Source: Anolis carolinensis (Eukaryota). Taken from it: a stretch of 64,000 nucleotides of DNA. Made by a program: the position numbers and the translations under genes. A model generated the notes under the pieces. The model saw nothing but the letters and a program-made list of their open reading frames with translations, had not been told where the DNA came from and ran no database searches. Below, piece after piece: positions 52,429 through 64,000 of the stretch (position 1 is the stretch's first letter; every line of letters starts with the position of its first letter). The stretch spans positions 187,969,574 through 188,033,573 of the forward strand of contig NC_085841.1 in assembly GCF_035594765.1 (NCBI RefSeq), read 5' to 3'.

Positions 52429-52764
52429 CTGGTTGATCATCCCTTATCTGGAATTTCAAAATTCCAAGTACCCCAGAATTATTCAGATCGGTTGTTGAGA
52501 TAGTGACATTTTTGCTTTCTGATGTTCAGTGTGCACAAACTTGATTTAATGCACAAAAATATATTTAAAATCATTGTATAAAATAACCATCAAGCTATGT
52601 GTATAAGGAGTACATCAAACATAAATCAATTTCATGTTTAGACTTGGTCCCCATTGTCAAGATAACTCATTATGTAAGGATATACAAATGTAGATATTCC
52701 AAAATCTGAAAAATTCCAAAGCCCTTCTTCTCCAAAGCATTTCAAATAAGGGATACTCAACCTG
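52429..52764. mobile_element. Tigger-like MITE in the NRP2a 3'UTR
   Basis: TIR ~CAGGTTGAGTATCCCTTAT, TA flanks; inverted relative at 61202-61365. Confidence 0.75.
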
Positions 52765-54480
52765 TACCTCCACCTACCATTCTTAAAAGCAACAGCAGCA
52801 ATGGGAGCCTTTAGTTTGTTCTAGAGGAGGTGTGTGGAACATAAGGTTCAACAGATATTACTGATCTACCGACAGTTGCCATTTCTGGCCACTGGCCACT
52901 CTGGCAGAAACTGAGTGGAGTTGGGCTCCATCCAATGACATCTATTGGACCTCATGCTCTCAGTCGCTATACATAGAGCATATTCTCAATTTATTTGTAG
53001 GCAAGGCTGGCATGTATTCCATAAGCCAGTTGTTTCCTGTAAATTGGCCATAAGCTCCAAACTCCTGAGCAAGAAACCCACGGTAGACCTTCAGGAAGCT
53101 TCTTGATAGAAGCTGTGGTAGGAAATATTTCTTGATGGTGGAACGCTTAGAAAAACACAGTCTGAAAACTGCCCTACTTTCCAGCCCTCTAGAAACTACA
53201 CCATCCAAGTGCCCCTTGATAAACAGAGAGTTCTATATCAAGTTTATGTCATATATAAGCACATCCTCTCCCCTCTCCCGCCTGCCCCAATTTTGAAGGA
53301 ACTCAAAGCATAATCATCAATTTTACAGGGTCATTTTGAAGACACTTGCTGCTACTGTCCTGAAAGGAAGGGCCCCAACTCAGCCAAAGTTAACTGTGTG
53401 TACATCTCATAGATTTCGATGGGAGGGTTCAGCATGGGCTTACCTCTGGCTGGATTGCGTCCCGACCTTATTTCTCTTAACATTTGTGTGACGGATGAAG
53501 GAGGACAGGCTGTATCTGCGAAGGTCACCTGGATAGGAGTAATAGATATATTAAAAAGTAATGTTGCTGTCTATAGTAGACATACAGAGGGAGTGGAGTT
53601 CGTGTATGCATATATTTCAATACATATGTGTTTGCGCGTGCTTGTGAGTTCTCTGTATGTATTATATATGTGAGTGGTTATGTGGGACTACTTGTATTCT
53701 TGAATGGGAGGCCAGAGAATTCTACTGCCCTTTGTGTGAATTTTAACAGGGGGTCGAGCGCAAAACACCAGCATCGTGAAACCAACTCCCTCTGGAGAAC
53801 GTCCTGTCCTTTGCATGCCACATTGGTGGCCATGGGGCTTGGCTGTATGCACTCCAAGGAGCAGAATCGGGCCATAATGCTGCATAGCGGATACCTCACT
53901 TACCTCTCTGCTGGGTGCTTTACTGTTTTAATGCAGAAAACTGTGTTTGATTGTATTTTTAACAGGGCAAGGAAACAAAAAAAAAAAACCCTACTAGTGC
54001 GTATATATTCATATCAGTACGTCTTCATCAGCAAATACATATGTTAGATTTGATTATCTGTGTTCTTCGGAGAGTTTTTCCCCTTTCCAAAATACACACA
54101 CAAAAATCCTACCCTCTGGCCTTGCTAACGCCTTTGTTGAAATATGTGTTGTTCCCTCTTACCCCCTCTCAAGGTCATCTTAGTTTAGGTGGACAGGGCC
54201 TTGCAGTGTCCTCTGGTCCTTGCAATTGTAGGGAGGTGTAGACATTAACAATGAAGCATGGGGATCTTTCAAAAAAGAAGATCCCACTGGGAAAATAAAT
54301 GAATGCAGGAAATAGAATTTCTCACATTTTTACCAGCTCATGGTCGTTCAACCATTTACTGGCAGAGCCAGGTCATGTGGACTTTAAAGCTTTTACTGTG
54401 ATTCTTCTGTGTTTAAAGAAAAGACAAACTCAAAACTGTGTTTCTATGATTTGTACAAAAGCCTTTTAAAATTACTATTT

Positions 54481-54486
54481 AATAAA
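54481..54486 (+). terminator. Likely distal NRP2a polyadenylation signal
   Basis: AATAAA with upstream TGTA (54452) and downstream U-rich tract. Confidence 0.75.
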
Positions 54487-54883
54487 CATTATAGTAGAGA
54501 TCTTTCTCTTCTAGTTCGTTTTTTTTTCTCCAGTTAAGATAACTTTATGGTTTTGTTAATCCAATCCAGGAAAAGAGATCTGTGTTTCGAAGAGGAAAGC
54601 TTGCATACATGGAATAGAAGTGGGAGAAAGTGTACATGTTCCTAATCTTCACAAACCTTTGAATGAACAGGATGTGATTTTTGAGCAAATCATGGTCCTC
54701 ATCTTCACCAAAGCTTGGTTTTTTTAAAAAAATGTTGGCGCCTATGGATTTTAAAATCTGCAGGCAGAATGTAGATTCTAGGATGTGTAGTCCACAAAGA
54801 AATTTTATTCTTCTCCCCACCCAGTTACTAATTGTGTCTCATTTGCACACAGAAGGAACTGAATCATGATCTGAACCTATATA

Positions 54884-55202
54884 CAGTAGAGTCTCACTTA
54901 TCCAACACTCGCTTATCCAGTGTTCTGGATTATCCAACGCATTTTTGTAGTCAATGTTTTCAATACATTGTGATATTTTGGTGCTAAATTCGTAAATACA
55001 GTAATTACTACATAGCATTACTGCATATTGAACTACTTTTTCTGTCAAATTTGTATAACATGATGTTTTGATGCTTAATTTGTAAAATCATAATCTAATT
55101 TGATTTTAATAGGCTTTTCCTTAATCCCTCCTTATTATCCAACATATTTGCTTATCCAACGTTCTGCCAGCCTGTTTATGTTGGATAAGTAAGACTCTAC
55201 TG
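54884..55202. mobile_element. Tc1/pogo-type MITE
   Basis: TIR CAGTAGAGTCTCACTTATCCAAC, TA TSD. Confidence 0.92.
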
Positions 55203-55602
55203 TATCTGCAATCATTGTAACATTCAATATATAGGCAGTTCCCGAGTTACAAACATTGGACTTACAAACTACTCAGAACAGGAATGAGACCACAGGAATT
55301 GAGAGAAATGTATCCCTCAGGAGGGAAATTCACTCCTGAAAGAGTTATCATGGGAAAAGGGAATCTCCCCTGAAGCTTTCTCTCACTGATCCTTGTTTCT
55401 ACAACAAAACAAATCCAATTATCACAGGGACAGAAAGTGCAGTGAAATCTTCTGAACAGGGGCACAAACATCAAAACAAACACCACAGGGGTGTTAACCC
55501 TTCCCTGTGCTATCCAAAGCCTATACATACATACATACACACACACATACACTCCCTTAATATTAGATACTTATAGGCAGTCCCCAAGTTACAAACAACA
55601 TA

Positions 55603-55827
55603 TCTATATATAAAAAAGAGTAATGGAATCCTGGCACCGAGCAAAACAATAAAACTAAACACCCCCTAACTTCGAAATTTCACAACACAATCCATCATCT
55701 ACGCCTCGAGGTTGAAACCACAAAATATCACGTCACAAACCTCCACAGGGCCTAAAAAAACCCAAAAACCGGAGCTATTCAGTGCAATTCCAATGGGCCA
55801 CAGCAACACGTGGCAGGGCACAGCTAG
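55603..55827 (+). mobile_element. Minimal 225-bp Helitron
   Basis: A|TCTATATATAAAAAAGAG...GCCACagcaacacGTGGCagggcacagCTAG|T. Confidence 0.9.
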
Positions 55828-55850
55828 TGTGTGTGTGTGTGTGTGTATAT

Positions 55851-55893
<43 letters not shown>
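55828..55893. repeat. (TG)n(GATA)n microsatellite
   Basis: Direct reading. Confidence 0.95.
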
Positions 55894-55895
<2 letters not shown>

Positions 55896-56101
55896 GTGCA
55901 TAGGGAAGGATGAACACCCCTGTGGTGTTTGTTTTGCTGTCTGTACCCTGTTTAGAAGATATATACAGAGAGAGGGGGGGATTTGGCTGGAGTTATACTT
56001 TAAAAAGTCTCTATTATGACTTCCATTCAAATTCAACTTAAGAAACCTACAGAACCTATCTTGTTTGTAACTTGGGACTGCTGGTGAGTGTGTAATATCG
56101 A

Positions 56102-56325
56102 GAGTCAGCATGATGAATTGCTCTGAATGTTGGGCAAGGATACTAGGAGATCCGGGTTTGAAGCTTTGCTTAGGCAGGGAAACCCATTAGATGACCCTGG
56201 GAAAGTCACACTCCGCCCCACATGAAACCAAAGGCAAATTCTCACTGAACAGATCTTGCCAAGAAAACTTGTGAATGATTCACCTTAGGGTTGCCATAGT
56301 CATTTTGAAGGTGTACAACAACAAT
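56102..56325 (+). mobile_element. Old MIR/CORE-like tRNA SINE with (CAA)n tail
   Basis: Degenerate B box, tgaccctgggaaagtcac core-like motif, gggttgccata...acaacaacaa tail. Confidence 0.55.
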
Positions 56326-57011
56326 ATGTCTAAACCACTTATTTTACAAATCTAGGCTGCAACTGTGCCAAAGCCACTGTGGTTGTTTCAATTAAACTAC
56401 ATAGAAACAGCAATGTAGTTGAGTTGCTTTTGATCCATACCCCAGACTTATGCATGTTTATTGGAAACAGGTTCCATAAAGTTTAAAGCAGCTTGCTTCC
56501 AACAAGTGGACATGAGACTATGGCTTTAGTCAAGTCAAACAGACCTGAAGTGGTCTTCTGTTTAAAACAATCCATCAAATGTGGCACCAGATTTAATCAC
56601 GTGTGTGCAGCAAGCAGTGTTGCTAGATGCAAACTTCCTTGTCCACTCTTCCCTATGAAAGCCTCTTCAGCACCCCAAAAGCATTACCAAAAGATTCAGG
56701 AAACCCTGCTAAATAGGGCTAGATAATGAAGAAAGGGCAATTCCAAAAGATAAAGAAACAGGCAAATTAAATAAGAAAAGATATTCTGCCAGCAGAAGAC
56801 AGGTCTTAAAGCCAGCTTTAAATGTACAGATGATCGCTAATCTTAAAAGAATGCAGTTTTCATGCCAAAGTAACCTCGATTATCAACAAAAACACATACG
56901 GGGACTTTTAGAATTAAAGTAAATATGCCTGTTCTTATTTGCCTGTTTTATCCCATCCCATGCCAAAATGGGGAGGAAGGACGTGGAGATTAGCAGGTAT
57001 TCATCCAAGAA

Positions 57012-57276
57012 GGAATCACCGATGGTGCAATGGGTTAAACCTTTGTGCCAACAGGACTGCTGACTGATAGGTTGGCGGTTCGAATCCGGGGAGAGTGGAT
57101 GAGCTCCCTCTGTTAGCTCCAGCTCCCCATGTGGGGACATGGGAGAAGCCTCCCACAAGGATGGTAAAGCATCAAACATTTGGGTGTCCCCTGGGCAACG
57201 TCTTTGCAGACAGCCAATTCTCTCACACCAGAAGCGACTTGTAGTTTCTCAAGTCTCTCCTGACACACACAAAAAA
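57012..57276 (+). mobile_element. tRNA-derived SINE (Anolis SINE2/Vingi-tail type)
   Basis: A box TGGTGCAATGG, B box GGTTCGAATCC, A-tail, TSD ATCCAAGAA; 5' fragment at 61369-61480. Confidence 0.85.
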
Positions 57277-58508
57277 ATCCAAGAAGGAAACAACTGTGTA
57301 CATGCACTTGGGACTTCGCAACTTTCAAATAGCTTAGAGAATAGAGATGTTATCTTGGAGCATAGGTGGACAATTGATGGTCCTCCAGCTGCAGTTACAA
57401 ATTTTCATCATCCTCTGAGCATGGCCAATGTTGTTTGGAACTAATGGGAATTTCAGTCTAAAAATATGGAAAGCCACAGATCCACACCCTGTATTTCATG
57501 ATGCTCCATGGCATTATTTTAGAAGCAGAATAAGCACCAAGTCAATGGAAGAAACACTAACAGGGTCTTACAGTGGTGTGGCTCTGTATAAGATTATTTA
57601 GGTGTGTGGACCAAGCACGCTGCATAAATTCTGAGAACAGCTGGCAGATATGAAGAGAGTGACAATCCTGAGTGTTCAGCCATGGTTGAGGGGGTTAAAC
57701 CACAAACATATCCATCACATTGAATTGATATGCTTGTTACATTCAAGGCATTCTGCTGATCCCAGGTTTTCATTTTCAACATTTTCCACTATTCTCTGCA
57801 GCTCAGTGCTATGTAATCATTGGAATTGTAGCTTGGCAAGACATTTGTACTCTTTGGCAGAGAAGGCCAAAGATCTTGTGGAACTACAACTCCCAGGATT
57901 CCAAAACATTCCATGAAATTGCTCTTAAACTGCATTCATTCTACAGTGGGGATGCATCCTTATTCCTAATAAGAGATTGTGATTGGGTGCTTGAGTCCCT
58001 CTCTATCCCCCATGGTTTCATAGCACTGTGTGTCTCTAGAAGCATTGCAATTAGGTTTAGGAAAGAAGCTGTAATGCTTCTGCATTACCTTTTTTGGGAG
58101 GAGAGTATGACATCCTTGTAGAAAAATATTTGACATTTCTAATGGATTAATAATGCCCCCTAGCATCCAGCAATCTGTTATTTGCAGAGAGCATTTCCCT
58201 CTTATCTTTTCTCTCTCTCCATATGTTTGCACAGGTCCATGGAAAATGGTGCCAGATTTGGGCATGGCAGAGGTCTCTAACTGGAAGAGGCACACACAGC
58301 CACGGCTGAGAAGAAACATAGGCCATCTGGATCTCCAGGCCATTTGAGCGGCCACTGTTGTGTTTAGAAATAACACTTGGCTTCCTATTCACATATCTTT
58401 CATCCAGACTTATCACAGCTGGAACCAAATCAAGCCTGATGGGATGTTTGTGTCTTTTGGGCAGAATGCTCCTCTGGCCAGTGACAGGAGACGTATTGGA
58501 TATATTTC

Positions 58509-58872
58509 TACAAAGCTTGAATTCAAGCTTGAATTCAAGTTCCCTCGCTACTTCGCAGTTCGCTTTTCTTGCTGTTTCACGGTTTTTTAAATAAACACTA
58601 AAATAATAGTATAAATCATAAAATAATATTATAAATCCCTCTTTCTACTTCCTTCCTAAGGAAAAGCCTAAGGAAGGAAGAAAGAAGAAGCTGAAGGGAG
58701 AGAAAAGGAAGCTGAAGCAGCATTATTTTTGCATCACAAGGCAGCGGCAGACAGAGACGCTACTTGCCAGTGGGATTGTAAACAACACAAATATAGCGTC
58801 CCTACTTCGCGGATTTTCACTTTTCGCAGGTGGTCCTGGAACATAACCTCCGCGATAAGTAAGGGAACACTG
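58509..58872. mobile_element. Tigger-like MITE (13038 family) with disrupted left TIR
   Basis: Clear homology to 13038-13390. Confidence 0.85.
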
Positions 58873-59459
58873 TACCTCCTTGAGTATTGCTTCATCTTAT
58901 TTACACATGCCATACATCTGTGTATTCAGGTAATTATTAATTAACCTATACAGCATCATTTATACAGATCTAAAGGCAAACATTCATAGGTTAAAGGTAT
59001 GAATGCATAACTGAAAGACTGGTGCTAACAGGTGGATCTTACTTCAGCTTTAGTAATGGGATGCCTTCCACTCCTACATTTGAGGGCAGCAGAGGGGTAG
59101 GAAATTGGATGTGTGCCACACAAAGGTTGGATTTTCAGGAGAAATGTCTGTCTCTACTGTTCTTAATCTGAGATTGTTGCCTCAATCTGCCCTATGTTAA
59201 GGCTATCACTACCACTTGGACAAGATTGTAGTAAGCATCTTCCCATGCAGTGTTTGTTTGTGGTGGCACCAGGTCAACTTATGTACCATTGAGATAAGCA
59301 GCTTTGCTTCAAGTGACAACACATGCCCAATGGTCAGCCTCAAGATTTCACTGCTAATTCAGACAGAACGTCTTCAGGGTATAAGCCATTAAGACAGAAA
59401 CTGGAGTGATCTTTACACAGAGCTTCTTCCCACAGTCTTGACTGCTATTCACAATAGGA

Positions 59460-59594
59460 CAGTGGTTCTCAACCTGGGGCCCCCAGATGTTTTTGGCCTT
59501 CAACTCCCAGAAATCCTAACAGCTGGTAAACTATCTGGGATTTCTGGGAGTTGTATGCCAAAAATATCTGGGGACCCCAGGTTGAGGACCACTG
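59460..59594. mobile_element. hAT-type palindromic MITE
   Basis: Perfect TSD CAATAGGA. Confidence 0.92.
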
Positions 59595-59617
59595 CAATAG
59601 GAGGTGGCAGCTGTACC

Positions 59618-60337
59618 TGCTTAAGGAGCTCCACTGGCTGCCGTTCACCTTCCGGACCAAATTCAAGGTGCAAGTGATCACCTACAAAGCCCTGAACGGT
59701 TTGGGACCCTCTTACCTTAGTGATCGCCTCTCCCCCTACAAACCTGCACAATCTCTTCGTTCGTCGGGGGAGGCCCTCCTCTCGCTCCCACCTCCGTCAC
59801 AAGCACGGTTGGTGGGGACGAGAGAGAGGGCCTTCTCCGTGGTGGCCCCCCGGCTCTGGAACTCGCTCCCCAGGGAAATCAGGCAAGCCCCCACCCTGGT
59901 AGCACTCAGAAAGAGCTTGAAAACCTGGCTCTTTACTCAGGCCTTTAGATAAAGATTGCTAATCCAGAAGCAATCTGTATCTGTGACCATTCTTGTACCG
60001 GTTTGCACTTTTTACCTTTGTCAACTCGATATAGACCCAATTTGCACTTCCAAGAATTTGCAGCACTTTATCAGTCACCTCGTGTTTACAATATTTATAT
60101 GGTGCACCTTACCCAGTCTACTTTTACAATCTCTCAGTTTTAATCCATGTTTTATTAGTTCTTGTTTTTTATTGGCTAATGTTTATTTATTTATTTATTT
60201 TATTGTGCATGTTTTTGTCTATTGCTGTGTTTTATACTGCTACTGTTTTTATTCGGGCTTGGCCCCATGTAAGCCGCCCTGAGTTCCCTTCGGGGAGATA
60301 GAGGCGGGGTATAAAAATAAAGTTATTATTATTATTA
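59618..60337 (+). mobile_element. 5'-truncated L2-clade LINE
   Basis: LKELHWLP..FR.KFK...TYKALNGLGP.YL...RAFSVVAPRLWNSLP...LKTWLF; AATAAA + (TTA)n tail. Confidence 0.93.
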
Positions 60338-61510
60338 CCTCAACAAAAGGTTTATTTTGATTCAACCTCAAGATGCCACAGGCAACATACTGGATATGCC
60401 AGAGGAAGGAAAGCTTAACTTAGACCAAGTCTTCAGGGCTCAAATGATTAAAGGAAAGATGTGGAAGAAGCTTAATAAAAAATGCAGTAACTCCCAATTC
60501 TCCTAATTTTTGAAAATCTCTCCCTCCCAAACACACACACAGGCTAGCTAAGAAGGCCATCACAAGAAGTAAAGGCTTTACTTCCTTCCTTGTAATCTGA
60601 GAACTGGGGGGCTCATAAAGTCCAAAGATCTTTATCACAAACTGGATCATGCATATTTGATTGGAGTTGAACTACTGAGTCCATTCACAAGTCTAAGGAC
60701 CTCTTCACACCGGCCCAAATTCGGTGGTGGCAACAGGTTTTTTATACTTTTGCCATGGGTACATGGATTTCTAGTTAGATGAGGCGCCAGCACTCTTTGT
60801 CAAAGGAGGCTAAAAGCCTTGTAAAACAGCTCCCACGATTCCATAACATTGAACCACAACAATTATTATGGTGCCAAATTGCATTCATTTTACAGTGCGG
60901 ATGAATCCTTTGAGGGGACCATCTGCCCGGACAACATGGAACTGCTTGAGGCATCAGGAATCTGTTCAGATCCATAAACCTGTTTGGTTAAGATCCATTT
61001 ACACCTGCAGTTCACTCAACGTTGCGACTATTGTTGAGTGTTAACTAGCCCCAAAGGTACAGCAAACAAGTGCCAACAAGCAGGAGAAATGACACGGATT
61101 CATATATGAAAGTGGTTGACTTGATTTACTACTAGATTCACATAAAACTGTAAATCCTTATAATCTTTCTAAACAGACCTGATGAAATACAAAGAACAAT
61201 ACAGATTGAGTATCAGTTATCTGAAATGTTGGAGATTAGAAATGTTTTGGATTTCAGATTTTTGAATACCTCTATTTGCATAAACATACACAATGAGATA
61301 TCTTGAAGATGGGACTCAACTTTAAACATGGCATTCTTTTCTGTTTTTATATATATCTCATACACAAAGGAGCCTCCGGTGCAATGGGTTAAACACTTAT
61401 GCCTGCAGGACTGTTGACCTAAAGGTTGGATTGCTGATCTGAAGGTTGCCGATTCAAATCTGGGGAGAGCGCAGATGAGCACAGATGAATTCAGGAAAAG
61501 CAGTGGCTAA

Positions 61511-61636
61511 GGCCGTTTCTACACTGCCATGTAAAATCCAGATTATCTGCTTTGAACTGGATTATATGGCAGTGTAGACTCATATAATCCAGTTCAAAGC
61601 AGATAATCTGGATTATATGGCAGTGTAGAAGGGGCC
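61511..61636. mobile_element. PIF/Harbinger-type MITE
   Basis: Family of 4938, TAA TSD. Confidence 0.87.
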
Positions 61637-62054
61637 TAAGGGTATAGCACACAAACATACCTGCCACAAAGAAATACAATCTGGGACTGAACACAGCCTC
61701 CAGTATTTCATAAATGAAAACCAGAACATATGGGGTTGAATGTATGTGGCCAGGCAACAAGAAGGCAAAAGTTATTAAGGCGAAAGAATGCACATGACTA
61801 CTATTTTAATCAGAGAAAACAAAAATGTGTGTACTGAGTTTGGGAAAGCTAGGCAGGGGAAAAAAAACCTCAAACCACTAAATATAACACTGGCTAACAT
61901 ACTGCTGCTAGTCCCAAGCAGAGTAGACCAATTGAATCAATTGCAGAGTGGTGAGTTAACACATAGGCACATCTCCTTGAAAGATATAGGCTGACATTCT
62001 GTTAGTGATGATGCAATAAATTAGATTTACACCATCATAACTGTTATCTATTCC

Positions 62055-62269
62055 AGGTTGCTATGAGTATTCTGGTCTGTATGGCCATGTTCCAGAAGCA
62101 TTTTCTCCTGACCTTTTGCCTGCATCTATGGCAGGCATCCTCAGAGGTTGTGAGGTATATTGGAAACTAAGAAAGGGAGATTTATATATCTGTGGAAGGT
62201 CCAGAATGGAAGAAAGAACTCTTGTCTATTGGAGGTAAGTGTGAATATTGTATTAATCACCTTGATTAG
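62055..62269 (-). mobile_element. Penelope-like terminal fragment, interrupted by the LTR
   Basis: Reverse complement of ~33645-33860. Confidence 0.8.
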
Positions 62270-63452
62270 TGTAATGGATTAGCCTGCCTTGCAGGGTTGG
62301 TGCATAAGGCAGTTCAAGCCTTGCTTGGAAAATCTAAGCCAAGATGGGGGAGGAGTCATCAGGCAGCTTCATGCGAAGTGCAACCTGATTGGCTGGCAAA
62401 ATTGGAGGGAGTTGCTTAGCAACCAGAGGTGGGTGAAGCCAAAGAGACAGTTGTAGCTATTCAGCCATAGATTTGCTTAGATAGGGTTTGGTGTTTGTAG
62501 AGACAGGAAGTGAATGTTAAGGAGGAAGAAAGGAAGGTTTTGGGAACTGTTTGAGAGAAACCTCTTTGAGGGAAAAGTAATTAGCCTTCAGGGAGAAGTG
62601 CTAAGAACTGTAGAGAGCCTCTAAGGGTTTAGAGTGCTTGAGTTTGGAGCCTCTGGAAAGAGGTCTCTAAGGTTTGAAAAGCCTGTTAATATTCCTTTGT
62701 GGGGGAACAATATTTTTCAAGAAACTCCAGTTTAAGAACCATTCACTGTTAAAGAAAAGCCTGTTATTTTATTGAATCCAATATGCAACTTTTCTGTTCA
62801 AGCACAAATAAACATCATAATTCTGTTTTACTTCACTCCAAGAGTTTGTGTGTCTTTCTGAGAAACATTATAAAGAGGTGGCCAGTCTGCTTATTTAACC
62901 ATCGCCCTGTAAGACGGAGTTTCCCTCCACCTTTGGGTCTCTCTGTGTGCTGGTTGAGGAGAGCGGTGGCACATACATGTTATAAATGGTGGCAGCAAAA
63001 GAACTTATGTATTAATTTGGTGGCAGCAAAGAAATAAATAATATATTTGGTGGCAGTAAACGGCCATGTCCCTTGCATATTTTGGTGGCAGCGGTGGGTT
63101 ACATATAACAGCAAAATCCAGTGTCCCAGAAAGCAGACTTTTATTTGTTTTTACCTCACAAAAAGACAGAAAATCACCTCACAAACATGGCCCCTCCAAA
63201 AGCCAGAAAGATAGCTAGTGAAGTATCAGAGATGGGGGATGCTGAGGTACAAGGAGAGATTCCATGTGAGGAACCAGCAATCTCTATAGAAGTAGAAAAA
63301 TTAAAAATACAGCTAGAGATGAGAAGAGTTGCAGCTGAGGAGAAATTGCAATTAGCTAAGCTTGAGACAGAGCAGAAGGAGAGAGAACATGAAAATGAGA
63401 GAGAAAGAGAGCAGAGAGAAATTGAAAAAGCTAGAATGGTTCATGAGCTAGA
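62270..63452 (+). mobile_element. Gypsy-type LTR retrotransposon 5' portion: LTR 62270-62984, tRNA-Leu PBS, truncated gag from ATG 63187
   Basis: TGTAAT...TGTTATA termini, AATAAA 62807, PBS TGGTGGCAGCGGTGGG, coiled-coil ORF MAPPKARK...EKLKIQLEMRR...ERERE. Confidence 0.8.
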
Positions 63453-63691
63453 ATGGCTCTGCCCTCTTTCACCCACGGAGTCACACTGGCATCATCTGAT
63501 GGGAGCTGGCAAGCTCCATGGGTGACCTGAGCTAAAATCACTGCTGATTTTAGTCCCACATGAAGAGGTCCATAGTTCATCATTAGGCTTGGTTTCTTGA
63601 TTTTCGGATGGTTTGGTTGCCCTTCTCTAGACATGTACAATAAATCACGGTCCAAAGTGACTTACAAGTAGAATTTGTAGGTCCTGCTAAC

Positions 63692-64000
63692 GGCAAAGGT
63701 TTTCCCCTGACATTAAGTCTAGTTGTGTCCGACTCTGGGGGTTGGTGCTCATCTCCATTTAAAAGCCAAAGGGCCGGCGTTGTCCGTAGACACCTCCAAG
63801 ATTATGTAGCCGGCATGACTGCATGGAGTGCCGTTACCTTCCCGCTGAAAGGGTACCTATTGATCTCACATTTTGCATGTTTTTGAACTGCTAGGTTGGC
63901 AGAAGCTGAAGCTAACAGCGGGCGCTCATTCTGCTCCCCTGATTCAAACCACCGACTTTTCGATCAGCAGGTTCAGCAGCTCAGCGGTTTAATCCGCTGC
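63692..64000 (-). mobile_element. Sauria SINE (runs off window end)
   Basis: Homology to the other copies. Confidence 0.92.

Larger units (their letters stand above)
49635..54505 (+). other. NRP2: NRP2a 3'UTR (~4.85 kb, end approximate)
   Basis: Runs to AATAAA 54481-86; other AATAAA at 51013, 51703, 54294; only one clear TE cluster (52289-52764). Confidence 0.7.
55232..56082. mobile_element. Rearranged Tc1/mariner-type MITE copies
   Basis: taggcagt(c/t)ccc(a/g)agttacaaaca at 55232 and 55574, complement near 56062-81; fragments also at 27090-27213 and 43030-43168. Confidence 0.6.

Noticed and set aside
57012-57090. tRNA gene
   Set aside because: A/B boxes belong to a SINE head with body, A-tail and TSD
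62987-63098. CRISPR array interpretation
   Set aside because: Vertebrate DNA, 10-bp repeats, no cas genes; repeats are tRNA PBS matches

Overview
Vertebrate genomic DNA, almost certainly a squamate. The repeat set (Sauria SINEs, CR1/L2/RTE LINEs, Penelope-like elements, Helitrons, hAT/pogo/Harbinger MITEs) points to an Anolis-type lizard; this is inference. The window holds the 3' end of neuropilin-2 (NRP2) on the + strand: the NRP2b terminal exon (10164-10450, poly(A) signal 12946), a 69-nt NRP2a cassette exon (42193-42261) and the NRP2a terminal exon (49330-49634, ending in the SEA PDZ ligand, ~4.85-kb 3'UTR to AATAAA 54481). The rest is intron or downstream DNA dense in transposons. Most notable: three Helitrons with shared ends but different cargo, one possibly carrying a captured first exon; a hAT 'pack' family with shared ends and different cargo; short TSD-flanked Penelope-derived fold-back units with hammerhead-ribozyme-like cores; a decayed near-full-length DIRS element in the last NRP2 intron; and a Gypsy-type LTR followed by four tandem tRNA-Leu PBS copies. 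Most ORFs in the track are spurious. I could not demonstrate a new protein-coding system; the best novelty candidates are mobile-element architectures and possible extra NRP2 isoforms. Family names and human comparisons are from recall, not database searches.
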